Shown in pieces: positions 29,201-42,549 of a DNA stretch of 64,000 bases (positions within the stretch are counted from its first letter, which is position 1; each line of letters opens with the position of its first letter). The DNA comes from Octopus sinensis. Lineage: Eukaryota. The stretch is from positions 61,380,001-61,444,000 of the forward strand of contig NC_043000.1 of the NCBI RefSeq assembly GCF_006345805.1, given 5' to 3'. A model generated the notes under the pieces. The model was not told where the DNA came from. It searched no databases and saw only the letters and a list, made by a program, of their open reading frames with translations. A program made the translations under genes and the position numbers.

Positions 29201-29281
29201 GAATTAAATCGCACCCACATACACACACAGACACAGACACAGACACACACAGAAACAAACACACACACACGCACACACACA

Positions 29282-29312
<31 letters not shown>

Positions 29313-29913
29313 CACACACACACACAATTAAATAATAAGCATACGGGTGTGTTTGCGTGTGTGTATGTAATGACTTAGGTTTCACAATAAAAAAGAATAA
29401 GAAAATTGTAGATCCGGCTCCATAGGAAATAGGTATATTACGAAGAAATAATAAAATGTTCAGAAATTTTCTCTCTTATAAAATTATTTGTTATACCATA
29501 ATTTAGACACTTCTACATTTAAAAAAGTAGCAATTAGGGAGGATTCTGAAATTTATAAGTATTGCTATAAAAGACAGTTATGATCGTTGCTTTAGTTTTA
29601 GTAAACAACTTTAAACCTGAATACGACCATATATTTACACTGAGATATTAGCAACAACACATTAATTTCCTATCTCTGGGTCTGAATGTCATCGTAACCT
29701 AAGTAGTTGTTGATAATGCTTATGATGTCATATTTTGACGTCACAACCATCAAATCTGACTTGACAACTATCATCGATGTTTGTTGCATCTTCTGGCAGA
29801 CGTTTTATAATTTTCATTTTCTACTTTCTGCTTCTCTCTCTCTCTGTTTGTCTGTCTGCCTCTTTTTGTTTTCCACCCCTCATTTGTCTTTATTGTTCTT
29901 TCGTACTTCCTAG

Positions 29914-30005
29914 CTTGATTCCAGAGAAGTACGAATGTGACTCAGACGTCGATCGCAGATTTTTCCTATCGAAACATTGTGCCAACAAAATTATAAATAA
30001 AACAA
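29914..30005 (+). CDS. Candidate internal exon of unknown gene (LIPEKYECDSDVDRRFFLSKHCANKIINKT)
   Basis: Follows an approximately 100-nt pyrimidine tract ending cttcctag (alternative ttccag at 29924); donor A|gtaaat; frame open. Confidence 0.3.
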
Positions 30006-30873
30006 GTAAATATTGATCAATGTAATACTTGATTAATTCAGAGATAACTAACGCTTTTAAACTTCACATATAATCTATAACAAGTAAAATATACAACAAA
30101 TACAGAACAATAACACACTTCTACATATTTTTTTCCTGTCAGTCAAAGATTTCAATTGTAGAGCATAGTAAAGTTATTTTTGTTAAAAGAGTAATAGTTT
30201 CGCGTGTTGGTTTATAACTTTTCATATTTACATTATTTATATTATGAATGATGTGAAAAGTCAAATACTTGACATCACATCAAACAAAGAATACCGTACG
30301 GTTTTGTAAGGAAGCTAAATAACGTTAGATATTTCCTAAATAAGCAGCAGCTGACATAGAACTAATGGATTATGCATCGACCTTTAGTTACATATGGTCA
30401 AATAATTACTTACTCATCTCGTTCGTCATAAAGCTAGATTAATTGTTCTTTGTTTATGTAATGTTTAAATGTTATTTGACCTTTAGTAAGAAGCTTCTGG
30501 AATTGTAGAACAATTAGTCTATTATACATGCATATGATATTTGTTTGCTGTAGTGTGTTAAACATTTTATTCGTTTTTTTTTTTGTTATTCAAGATTGAT
30601 ATCCATACAAATATTAGCTACGTCATTTGATTAGTATTAAATTGCTAAACAAGACCAATAGCATTTGAATAATTTCGGCAAACGGTTTGTCGTTTCTGTC
30701 AGACACTACGGAAACCTATTAGAGTTACAAAATGTGTAAATTAGATAACTGTATTTGCATAGTATCAGCGAGTGTGTTAAGTCAATTACAAATTTAATCA
30801 GACGAGAATAAATGCATGAAAGAATTGTTGTAAGGATAGGTCTATGTAGTTGGACAAAGCTGTATAAGAAATG

Positions 30874-30924
<51 letters not shown>

Positions 30925-31210
30925 CTTAGTATTGGTTAGCCATTGCAATGCTAATAACCTGTTGTTGGAATTCAATATACATATGTTTCAGAACAAAGTG
31001 TCAGTGTGTACAGCGCAGTAATAAGAAAGTAATAAGATACTTCACATTTGAATCTCCGATGAAGTTATAGGGTAATGCACAAGCACTCAGCTATGAGTGC
31101 ATTGCACATTATAATATAAGCAGCTGTAAGCTAATGAAATTCACAACACAATTTATCCCCTTGTCATTTTATACATATATATCTAATTATATACACATAC
31201 ATGTGACTGT

Positions 31211-31262
<52 letters not shown>

Positions 31263-32781
31263 TCAATTGATCATTGACACTTAGTTTATGGAGTTCAAAA
31301 AGTAGAATTTGAACTCAGAATGACCTGGGTATAAAATAAATACGAATTATTTTTACTAGATTTTATTTCAAAGTAATTTATTAAATGTAGAGAGAAGAAG
31401 AGCAAGGTTAACGGTTGCAGTATCTGAACTCAAATACTAATTGATAACGCAAAAGATTACAATATATTTACCCTGGTGATGTAGTGTCTACGAAATTATC
31501 GCTCTGTATCATATTTACTCCAAATGATTTCGACATTTAAGTTAGAATCTACTAAATGTGGAAATGTTTCACAAATTAAGTTGAAAGTTATAAAGTAGCC
31601 TAAAGCGACACAAAACTAACTTGAGCGAAGTTTTGAAACCCATTGTGTTATTCTATACACTCCAAATACTGTTGTAAAGCAGAGAGTTTAGCAGAATTGA
31701 AGTGTTCTTTGTTATTAATGTAGCAACCTTCAATGCAATAGAAAACGTATAGAGACGAGGGAAGAATGACTAAAAATATAAAAATTATAATTGAATGTAG
31801 TGCATAAATGTGTATGTTGCTAATAGCGTTCTCTGGTATATACTAAGTTGACATTTGAAATTTGTATTTTCATAAATATAAATATTTACAAAAATCCGAA
31901 ATTATATTAAGCAATCTCATGAGACAATGCCTTTTTACTTAAAAATCGTTTAAATATTGATTTATTTTTGGTCATCGCAAAGGTCACATGAAAATAAATG
32001 GACAATGTATGTCTGTCCTAAAAGGAATAGCGGCAAAAATGAAATATAGTAACTATCTGCACTATTTTGAATTATGACGGTCGTTCTTTACTTGGGGCTC
32101 TTTTCTTGTTCTACACTTTTCATCTCCACTGGTAGAAATATATACCTTAGAAGAATGTTAAAGTAGAAAATAGAATCCAGTGTATTAAGGAAAGCACATT
32201 TATTAAGGTAAACACTGTCTTTTAGGTACTGTTGATTCTGGATGTATTTTTGTAGAAAACAAACACAATTCATTGAAATAACCTCTCTAGTTTACTGTTT
32301 CTTATCGACCCCAAACCAATGTAAGTTAACCTGGGCTTCACAAATGTGAAAATAACTAAAAGACGAGATTAAATACTTGAATTAACATACCCTGTAGCTC
32401 GACGTTTTCGTCTGACTCCACTACTTTCCGCACGAAAGAAATATCTTATATCTTAAAGCAATGGTAAATAAATATTGGCAGTTCATATCACTTAGAGACA
32501 GAAGATATCCAGTATATTTAAATGTCTGCAGAAGTGTCTAATGGAGATTGTTAATGGATTGAATTAATTATGAAACATTTTAGAACGATGGAAAATAACA
32601 AACAACTGCAAAAGAGGCATGTACATAAGATACTAAACTCTACTCAGTATGATATATTGTGCAAAGTAAGTCGGTCTAATGTTTGGAATCTCTTACGAGG
32701 ACAATCTAATGGACACGTAATATATCAACCTGGTCGCAATGACCTTCTATACGCACACACATACACACACATACTCATCCT

Positions 32782-32837
<56 letters not shown>

Positions 32838-33208
32838 TATATATATATATATTTAAAAGTCGCAATGCACGTATCAATGCGCTACTAATAGTTCCATATG
32901 TAGAGAAAACTCTAACATATACTTCAGGCGAAAACCATATATCATATGTGTGTGTCTCTTTGTGTGTATGTGAGTGTGCGTGTGTGTATCTCACTTACAT
33001 TCATACTCACCGCCAATAAACACAGACACACGCGCTTGAACATACGCAGGCACGCATGTATAGTTTATATTACTGCCTGAACGTCATACATCAACATCAT
33101 CGCTGCCAAACGTCAAAGTACTTGTGTTGCAGTCGATAGTATATGGGGTAGCTAACAAAGAAGTATGTATCTTGTATCCAATAATACGCACGAAATTTTG
33201 GTCTCTAG

Positions 33209-33655
33209 ACATGATATTTTACACATTAAGAATATCGTCAAACATGTGAATAGTGAAAACTAAGTAAGATGTTATACGCCATTGTTGTCGATGATTACGA
33301 CATTGGGGAAGTGATGCGAGTTACGTTATCTTATAATGTTGAGATCAAGTGTTTCTGCATTCCTAGAGATAACAATAGCAAACGACTACAGTATATTTTT
33401 CAGTTAAACCTGTACTGTTATCACTGGTACCCAAACAATATAAACAGATTTTTAAGTATTAACTACCAACATCGTGTTCCCATTTATGACTCCCACTTGT
33501 TGTATAATACGCCTACGTGTTCAGACATAATGAAAAAGATGTTAGGCGTTCGACTTGCTAGAGATAGCAACCAAAGAAGACCTACAGGAAAAATAATAAA
33601 ATCAAGAATATCCTGTTTTGCTCAATCAGAATGGCCTGTAAAAGAAAAATACTAG
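33209..33655 (+). CDS. Candidate exon or pseudo-exon with PLAT/LH2-like motif
   Basis: 128-codon non-repetitive ORF (33269-33655) in AT-rich DNA; LYAIVVDDYDIGEVMRVTLSYN resembles the D[ILV]G....V.[LF] strand of lipase PLAT domains. The upstream acceptor ttttggtctctag joins only with a 1-nt indel in the A-run at 33256-33259. Confidence 0.3.
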
Positions 33656-34153
33656 GATAATTTAAAAAAAATTATTTATTATTCATGATGTACATTCAGC
33701 TCTTTCTCTGAGGTTCATTGTCAGTGATGAAATCATGATGTTACAAGCTTAAACACTGTTTTGGAGATGTTGCCGTGATAAAATATAAAATATGATCGAT
33801 AACAGAGAAGTTTGCTCTTAAAAATGTCAGTTTTTGAGTAAATAAAAACTAATTGATCATTCTGAAGATAAGAACATTATTTTTATGAGGTGCCTAGGAT
33901 TATATTTGTAAAGGAATTATAATTTGGCAGATGTCAAATAAAGCACTTCTTAAAATAAAATGAATACGTTATACTAAAAATCGAAATTTAAAAAAAAATA
34001 CTGATATTGATTTCTAAGATATCTAAGATAAGAAATATATCGATATAATTAATATACAATTATATTAACACATAGCTTATTTGAACGGTTTTGTAAAAAG
34101 CTCTTTCAATATAAAACTAATTACAATATAGAAAGAACATTTTCAAAATCAGA

Positions 34154-34191
<38 letters not shown>

Positions 34192-34213
34192 AACTCACAC
34201 ACACATACACAAA

Positions 34214-34253
<40 letters not shown>

Positions 34254-35460
34254 CTCACACACACACACAATTTTATGTATTTATGTATGTGCAACAGTGT
34301 GTGTGCATATGTGGTTAGAATATCTTCATTTTTTCTTACATGTTGGGCACGGTGCCTTTATGATTTCTGTGATAACACGTGCAGTAAGTTCACATGTTTT
34401 GGAGAATGCTTCCTCTAAACAGATGGACATCAAGAACTGCATTCACACTAAAGCCAATCCACTGGCATAGTATGATCCACAGGGTCACAGATTTTGTGTT
34501 TTTTCTTCTCATCACTTACACTAACTGTAACAGAAAATTATCACACCGCTATCAAAACATATTGGTCCAGTATTTCTCCATCCACAATTCCCTCTCAGAC
34601 TCACATTTAGACCACAGATAGACCTCCTTGCGTAATTATTTCTCCCCACATCTGCAACCCTCATAACTTGTTATACGTATCAGACAACAACGCTACAAAT
34701 ATAAATAAAATCAATGTTATTAGACTGATTGTCACATGTGCTGATCTTTCTTCTGTTTCTCATTAAGTGTAAAGAAAAATAAGGGACTTCACGAATATTT
34801 ATAAAAATCTACTCATACCTTACAGTACTATTTGAAGATAACATAGAAAATCATTGTAGAAATGAAATTATTGCATGATCGACGATGTTATGGAAATAAA
34901 ACTGACAAAAATGAGCGAAGTCAGTGTAGAAGGTCATATTGTGAGTGAAAAGAGCAAAGAAATATATTTGATAAGTGAAACCAAGTGAGAAAATATTAAT
35001 TCATTTTCCCTCCTATATAGAAGAAATCGAATGCAATTAGCTTGAAGTATTCGATTTTGGAGAACGGAAAGCCGTTTATTAAATATTTTCTTAGGAGAGT
35101 TTCAAATAAATAAGCAATAAATATGTGTTTTTCTGTTCCTCATCAACAGGGAATAATAATTTAAGGAAAGAAACAGAGTTTTTACACAAATGTTTTCTAC
35201 AAAGGTGAAAGGTGAACAAAGTAAAAAAAAATGAACATTCGTACAACACTGTCTTGAAATATGAACATAATTATGTAAAGTATTTATTTAAAGAATTTAT
35301 TCACTATCATAATAAATGTGTATAAATATTTTCATGATTAAATCGAGTGATATAGTAGTTTGTTTCTTATAATCATCGTAACGATATTCAATGCTACGTC
35401 ACTTTCATTGCTGAACGGTAATGTGCATGCAAATTCAATGAAACTGTTGTGTGGAAGTAG

Positions 35461-37800
35461 AACACCCCTATTGGGTTGGCTCCTTATAGACTGTGCCACA
35501 ATATAAATGGAACTGCGCAGATAATGTGGGGAGAGAATCGGCGACCTTTTTCGCTTGCGTGTGATTTGTTGGAGTTGCGTTGGTTGGTGTTGGTTTTGGA
35601 CTGTTGAACTTTTGAGCTGGTGTTTGTAAAAATTGTTGCTTTTTGAGTTTTTGACGATTTTTGACGTAAATGGACTCATGGCTTGTCGAGCAAGCTTGTG
35701 TTTTTTTTCTCCTCTCGCACGAAGGATGGAGAAGGAGACGCCAGGTGCAGGCATGGATGTGGGTGGTAGCTGCGCAGCAGTGACTGGAAGGATCAATGGA
35801 GCGAGCGAAGCGAGGTTCGAATTGCGAGAGGTAGTTATACCTATTGATAGGATGCGAAGGTGTGGGGAGTTTGCTGAAGGGGAGAGAGGCAGGGTAATGC
35901 TGGCCCCCTCCTGAAGATCTTTTAGCAGAAGTGGAGGGGAAACGGTTATTTGTGAGACACTCAGTGGGAAGGAGAGAAAAATAGAGATGGCGAAGGAGGA
36001 AGATGTCGAAGAGTGTCTGCAGTGTATTATGGACAAGGTGTCTTTTTACACTTTTGGAAAGATATTCGGTACAGTGGAGGTGAGATTTGTCTCCACAGAA
36101 GAGGCAATAAAGAACTCCACAGTACCTATTGGAAATAAGGAATGCCAACTTGCTTGGGTGTAGGAATGGTCAGAGTGGGGGCTAGCAGGATTCCTACGGA
36201 AATGAAGGAAGAATGGATGGTGGCGTCAGTCCTATCCACTACAAGGCAGGAGCCCGGTATCAGCTGCAGGAGCGCGGAAACTTAACTGGTGGGGATGCGA
36301 CCTAGAATTGTTGGTTCGGGTGACTCTGACCGATGTAAACGAGGTTCCAGAGATAATTGAACTCCCGGATGAGAAAGAGCTAAACGTAACAGTGGAGGGG
36401 ACCCCTCACTTGCTGTGGATGTTGACAGAGGTGGCACATGAAAAGGAGGTGCCACCAGAGCACGACTGAGCCAAGCAACGAGGAGGAAGTGCCGTCGGAG
36501 CGCGAAGATGTAACACAAGTAGAAAAGGAAACGGTTATTTACAGGACACTCAACATGAAAGAAAGAAAAATAGAAGTAGCGAAAGAGGAGGATATCGAAA
36601 AATGTCTGGAGTATATTAATGGCAAAATAACTTTTAACACCCGTGGAAAGAAATTCGGTATAGTGGGGATGAGATTCGTCTCCACAGAAGAAGCAATAAA
36701 GAAATCTACTGTACCTATTGGAAATGAGGAATGGAGGCTCCTGTCAACTTGCTTTTGTAGAAGAATAACCAGAGTAAGGGTTGTCACGATTCCTCCGGAA
36801 ATAAAGGAAGAATGGATAGCGGCGTCATTCCTATCCACTACAAAAGAAGAACCCTGCATTGTATCAGCTACAAGAACGCAGAAACTAAACTATTGAGGAT
36901 ACGGCCTAGAGTTGTTAGTTCAGATAACTCTGGCTGATATGAACGAGATTCCAGAGGTTACTGAACTCTCGCATGAGAGAAAACTAAACGTGACAGTGGA
37001 GGGAAGCCCCCTCCCACTTGCTATGGATGTGGGCAGAAAGGGCACATGAAATTGAGGTGCCCCCCAAAGCACAATTGAACCGAGCAACAAGGAAGAAGTG
37101 TCGTTGGAGCGTGAAAATGTAGCAGAGACGGAGGAGAAAAGTGAAGCAGAACCAACAGAGAACGAGGGAGAGTTCGCCCGAGACGCCAGAAAGAGAGGCA
37201 AGGGTGATTCGTCCCCGAAAACTTCCAAAAAGAAGAGGTAAAAGACAAAAGAAATAGCAGAGATAGAAAGCAACACATGTCAGCAAAGTAGCAAGGAGAG
37301 TACCAGCGTGCAGGAAAAGAAAGAAGAGCAGACCACGGATTGGAAGGAAGAATGTGTGCTACTACACAAACCAAATGAAGCGATTGACAAAACTATAGAT
37401 AGAATGGAAAACGTAATAAAAATAACGTTACATGGATTCTAAGATAAATGTATCTAAGGAGACGTAAAGAAGTATAAAATTTTGAAAAATATGGAAATCC
37501 CATTCGGATTACACCAGAGAGGGTGAAGTCTGAATATATGCCCCCCACCACAGTGGTAAGATCTAAAGATATAGACTTGGCTATGATAACATGGGTTACA
37601 GACTGATAATTAATTGAATTGTAAAGAACAGTAAACGCGATTGCTTGAGGGTGGGGCTCAAGCAAGGACGTTCATCCTCATTTTGTACGTTTGTCATATT
37701 TTCATTTATCGTTATGTTTTATGTCCCCAATTGTACAGTCTAGCTTGTCCTCGTATCGCCCCTATCTGTGTTTGGTCCTTGAGCGCCTAATAAAGAATCA
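35461..37800 (+). mobile_element. ORF1-only (RT-less) retroposon with tandemly duplicated gag-like module; degenerate
   Basis: GC- and purine-rich island. Two related units of about 589 bp (35930-36520 and 36520-37110) each end in a CX2CX4HX4C knuckle (copy 2 PTCYGCGQKGHMKLRCP; copy 1 TCCGC*QRWHMKRRCH). An acidic/basic tail, a 3' UTR and AATAAA at about 37789 follow. No endonuclease or RT motifs seen. Confidence 0.75.
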
Positions 37801-37879
37801 AGAGAGTCGGTGAGCTTGAAAAGAACCGTATTGTTCAGTGTTGAATTATTGTCGTTGCGGATAGGTTGTACCATAAAAT

Positions 37880-38010
37880 ATTTACATCATTTACATTTGA
37901 TGGATATTTGTCCTCATCTTGTTTGTTGTTAACACAACGTTTCAGTTGATATACCCTCCAGCTTTCATCAGGTGTCTTGGGGAAATTTCGAATGAGTTCT
38001 CATTCCTAAG
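37880..38010 (-). mobile_element. Penelope-like terminal repeat with hammerhead-like core
   Basis: Minus strand reads cacCTGATGAaagctggagggtatatcaactGAAACgttg. Confidence 0.65.
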
Positions 38011-38582
38011 GTATGAACCTGTAATCGTAAAGTTGTTGACTTTCTGCCTGTGGTAAAAACCATCAAAGGCAAAAAAATGTTTACAAACTTGTCTACACAC
38101 GCAACTCACACACACACACGCGTGCGCGCGCAAGCTCACACATACACACATCAATTTGATTGTGAGAGTGGAATTTGTACTGAAAAAATATACTCAGTAC
38201 ACCCAATTGCTAATCCGAGAACTGTATTTCTATCACATTACTCAGAGCGACATGTGTAGATATATAGACTCAATCTTAAGACGAAATTAAAAAAAAAAAA
38301 TTGATTAAAATGGAACGAAAAAAACCCAACATTTACATTCTTTATTTGCTGATAATTTAATTTGTCTGAGCGAAGCATGATCGAAAAGATAAAATTAATG
38401 TTAATAATAAAAGTAGCTTCGATTACGGCGTCAAGTATATTACATGAAATATAGCGAAATGTCATGGAATTCAGACAAAAACACCAGTCTACGAGGGAAC
38501 GTTCTTGAAATGCACATAAATAGATTTATCTGTATGTATGTAGTTGCGTGTATGTATGCACACTACATATTGTATGTATCTA

Positions 38583-38618
<36 letters not shown>

Positions 38619-38684
38619 TGTGTGTGTGTGTTTGTATGTATGCGTGTGTGTGTTTTGTGTGTGGGTACATATGTGTATATGTGG

Positions 38685-38830
38685 AGGCGCATGGTTTAGT
38701 GGCTAGGGTGTTGTACCCATAGCCGGGCGATGCATTGTGTTCTTGAACAAAACACTTCATTTGAAATTGCTCCAGCCCACCCTGATAGCTAAAATGTGTA
38801 ACCCTACGACGAACCGGGTGGAGGGAATAT
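38685..38830 (+). mobile_element. tRNA-headed SINE, family C (partial)
   Basis: ggcgcatggtttagtggctagggtg...ttgtgttcttgaacaaaacacttcat resembles 54255-54400. Confidence 0.65.
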
Positions 38831-39194
38831 ATACAGCAAAGAATCTAGAAAACAGGCCTTACGAGCCTATGACTCAGGACATATCTTCAATCCATTTGAC
38901 GTACACGTATGCATACATACGGTTATTTTCAAAGTCATTCAGCAATTCCAGTACGCTATAGTAATACGTATGCATAGTTATTGAAAACATTAGAAGCAGC
39001 TGTCGTAGCTCCAGCAACCAGCTCATATAGCGACCAGTTTAATTAAACGACTGCTCACGTAGCGAACGGCATCAATGACAGATACAAGGCAATAAAAAGG
39101 ATAGACGCACTTTTGCAATAAGTTTCAGGCCGCATACTTTACAAAACTCAACTTTTCTTTCATGGACAGAATGATACAAAAGTCCATACAAGTG

Positions 39195-39325
39195 GAGCTG
39201 GCAGAATCGTTAGCACGCCTGGCGAAATGCTTAGCGGCATTTCTTTCGTCTTCACGTTCTGAGTTCAAACATCGCCGAGGTTTACCGCTTTTCATCATTT
39301 CGGGCTCGATAAAATGTATACTTCT
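39195..39325 (+). mobile_element. SINE family B copy (partial)
   Basis: gagctggcagaatcgttagcacgcctggcgaaatgcttagcggcatttc...ttctgagttcaaa. Confidence 0.8.
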
Positions 39326-39606
39326 ACAACATACTCACTTGCATACATTTCCACATGCAAGAATGAATGTATGAACGCACACGTATATGCGTGTTAATAG
39401 GAGTACTATGGTGTTTGAAAAGAGTCAATTGAATTAACTCAGTCATATCCAAAGTTGTGCGAGTTAACCTCGTCGGTTGCTAGGAATATCGTCTGCCTAT
39501 TATCAGGTGAAGAAGTCACTTTCTATCTCAATGTCTATCTGTCTGTCTGCCTGTCTGTCTGTCTGCCTGTCTGTCTGTCTGCCTGCCTGTCTGTCTGTCT
39601 GCCTGC

Positions 39607-39659
<53 letters not shown>

Positions 39660-39660
39660 C

Positions 39661-40010
39661 TTGAGGAGTTGCTTACCTTAAAGGAACTGAAAGCATGGAA
39701 AACATTTATGTTTGTCTGCTAAGGCTTCCTTGGTAAAACACGGGTACTAGATTACCTGGAGTGCATTGAGTCGTTAGATTCTTATAAGGATATGGGATAC
39801 CGAATGTCACTCAAAGTTCCCTTCTCTATTCGGAGCAGTGAGTGATGAGCATGGAGGAAGGTTCCATCAAGATATTACTAAGATGGTGAGCAACCTCCAA
39901 GGCAAGTGAACCCCAGCATATTGGGGGACTTTAGCTGGGTGCTCTTGCGTGACATCACGGAGGTAAAGTACACAAAATCCTACCTAAAAACCAGTTCTGT
40001 CTGCTGTATT
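39661..40010 (+). mobile_element. Chapaev/CMC-type DNA transposase C-terminal remnant
   Basis: Reads EELLTLKELKAW...GFLG...RMSLKV...GAVSDEHGGRFHQDI...QGK...GDFSWVLLRD, matching the MSLK.HFL..GAVSDEHGERFHQDI signature I associate with Chapaev3 transposases. Confidence 0.75.
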
Positions 40011-40631
40011 ATGATTTGTGTGCATTGTATTATCCAAGTAATTTAGTTCCATCAAAGTTCTCTATATATGCTGCTTTTTTTCTGCACTATGCCTTTGTAA
40101 CATAAACATTATATTTTGAGTTTATATGCAGTATAATTAAAATGGAATATGTGATAGCAAATATATATATATAATATATATATATATATATAAAATGAAG
40201 AATAAAGAATAAAATTAGAAAAAAAACGAAAAATAGAGGTGACAGAGCAAAACTGTTCAGAAAATTGAATTCACAACATTAAAATTAGTAAATAAAAAAC
40301 TATTCACATTGGCTCAGAGCAAAACGAAATATTTCTAAACTAGTTCTAAACTAGTCATTACAGTTATAGCTTATAAGATTTAAGCCTATATAATATATAT
40401 ACATATACATACACATATGTGTATATGTATATGTAATGTATATATGTATATATGTGTATATAGGTGTATATATATGTATATATATGTGTGTATATATATA
40501 TGTATATATATGTGTGTATATATATGTATGTATATGTTTATATGTATGTATATATATGTATAGATATATATAAATATATATGTATATATATACATATATA
40601 TATATCTGTATATATATATTTCTTTTTCTTT

Positions 40632-40990
40632 TATTTCTTTTACTTGTTTCAGTCATTTGACTGCGGCCATGCTGGAGCACCGCCTTTAGTCGAGCAAATC
40701 GACGCCAGGACTTATTCTTTAAGCCCAGTACTTATTTATCGGTCTCTTTTGCCGACCGCTAAGTGACGGGGACGTAAACACACCACATCAGTTGTCAAGC
40801 AATGCTAGGGGGACAAACACAGACACACAAACATACACCATACATATATATATATACATATATACGACAGGCTTCTTTCAGTTTCCGTCTACCAAATCCA
40901 CTCCACGGCATTGGTCGGCCCGGGGCTTAGCAGAAGACACGCAGTGGGACTGACCCGGATCCATGTCGCTGGTTAGCAAGCTACTTACCA
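40632..40990 (-). mobile_element. SINE family A, full-length copy with small deletions
   Basis: Matches 14052-14462. Confidence 0.9.
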
Positions 40991-41015
40991 CACCCACACA
41001 CACACACACACACAC

Positions 41016-41086
<71 letters not shown>

Positions 41087-41394
41087 ATCAAATATATGTA
41101 TATGTATATATAAATGTATATATATGCGTATATATGAATATATATATATATGTATATGTACATATATGCATATATATGTACATATATATGCATATATATG
41201 TATATATATATGTATATATATATGAAAATATATGTACATATATATGCATATATATGTGTATATGTATATATATGTATGTATATATGTGTATATATAAATG
41301 TATATATGTATGTATATATACGTTGTTGGCATCCTTTTTGTCTCGGGAGACAATGGAGTTGCACATAAAATAACCTAGTCCAGCTTTTACATTT

Positions 41395-41538
41395 CATGTC
41401 CTAATACATTTCCTGCTATGGCTGTGTATTCCTATCCTGGACAAACACTACCTCTGGCAGGTGCCGCAAATGTAGCGAAGACTTTTCCTGGCTGGTTGTA
41501 ATGTCATAGCGTCTTGTTGACGTCTTTTCTTGTATTTC

Positions 41539-41579
<41 letters not shown>

Positions 41580-41720
41580 TTGTGTTCCCTCTTTTATGGT
41601 ACGTCGCCAATCTCCACGGTTGCTGGCAACTGCTTCCACATTGCTAATATTGATGTATGTAAATATATGCATATATATATGCTTGTCATCTTCTGCATAT
41701 CCTCCTCTCACTGTCGTTCT
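41395..41720 (-). mobile_element. RTE LINE 3' end
   Basis: Reads EAVASNRGDWRRTIKEG...YICGTCQR*CLSRIGIHSHSRKC, the C-terminal CxxC..C.SRIGL.SH.R.C motif of RTE ORFs; interrupted by (AG)n. Confidence 0.85.
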
Positions 41721-41729
41721 CTATATACA

Positions 41730-42170
41730 TAGGTCAAACGGGACGCCGCTTGGCTGATGGGTTCGGGGAACACCCCTGAGACATGAGACTCCACTCATCC
41801 CCACACCACACCCACCACACCACATCACACTACCTCGCACACACTAGCACTGGCTACTTACCAGCACCCACACCATTGTCCGCACACCTAAACATGCACA
41901 CACGCACACATCAAGATCACTAGCCTCCATCCACGCACACTACTTAATTATCTCCTTTTCTTCCTAGATCTCCTATGTGACCCCTCTGTCCGGCATTTGT
42001 CACGATAGATCGCTCGCCACTACACCATTTTTATTTTCTCTCCCTATTTATTTCTGTGTTCCTTTCCCTCGAAGGGCGTAGGCTCGAAAGGAAAAGACAT
42101 TCTCACTTCCCGAGGGTTGAACTAATACATCTGTTTGTTGTTTACACACCCGTCTTCGTCTATTTTGTAG
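41730..42170 (+). mobile_element. Probable Penelope-like 3' tail and terminal repeat
   Basis: AC-rich tail followed by ccctcgaagggcgtaggctcgaaagg, a decayed CUGANGA..GAAA-type core. Confidence 0.45.
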
Positions 42171-42299
42171 TATCTCACTACATATATGTATGATATATAT
42201 ATATATATAATATAATATATATATATATATATATATACATATATATGGTATATATATATATGTAGTATATATATGTAAGTATATATATGGTTACTAAAG

Positions 42300-42530
42300 T
42301 TAATCCAAACAAGAAAGCACCAAAAAACACTACAACGCGAGGACGTGGAACAAATATAGTATTATTGGACGCTCAGGAAAGAAGGAAAGAAGGAGGGTTT
42401 TAACGTTTCGAGCGGAGCTCTTCGTCGGAAACATAGGAGAAGGAAAGATCCAGAGAAGGGAAGACAGAGGGAAAAAAATCGCCAACGGTACACACGAGGT
42501 CACATTTTGAAAGACCGGAAGGAAAAGGGT
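42300..42530 (-). mobile_element. Penelope-like pseudo-LTR with hammerhead-like core
   Basis: Minus strand 42430-42401 reads ttCCGACGAagagctccgctcGAAAcgtta (gagc/gctc stem); lies downstream of the GIY-YIG ORF on the same strand. Confidence 0.6.
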
Positions 42531-42549
42531 GAAAAAAGATGTTTTCAAA

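Noticed and set aside
35338-36148. 232-aa and 226-aa minus-strand ORFs, plus other minus ORFs to 37374
   Set aside because: Antisense shadows of the purine-rich plus-strand ORF1-like element; the recognisable motifs are on the plus strand.
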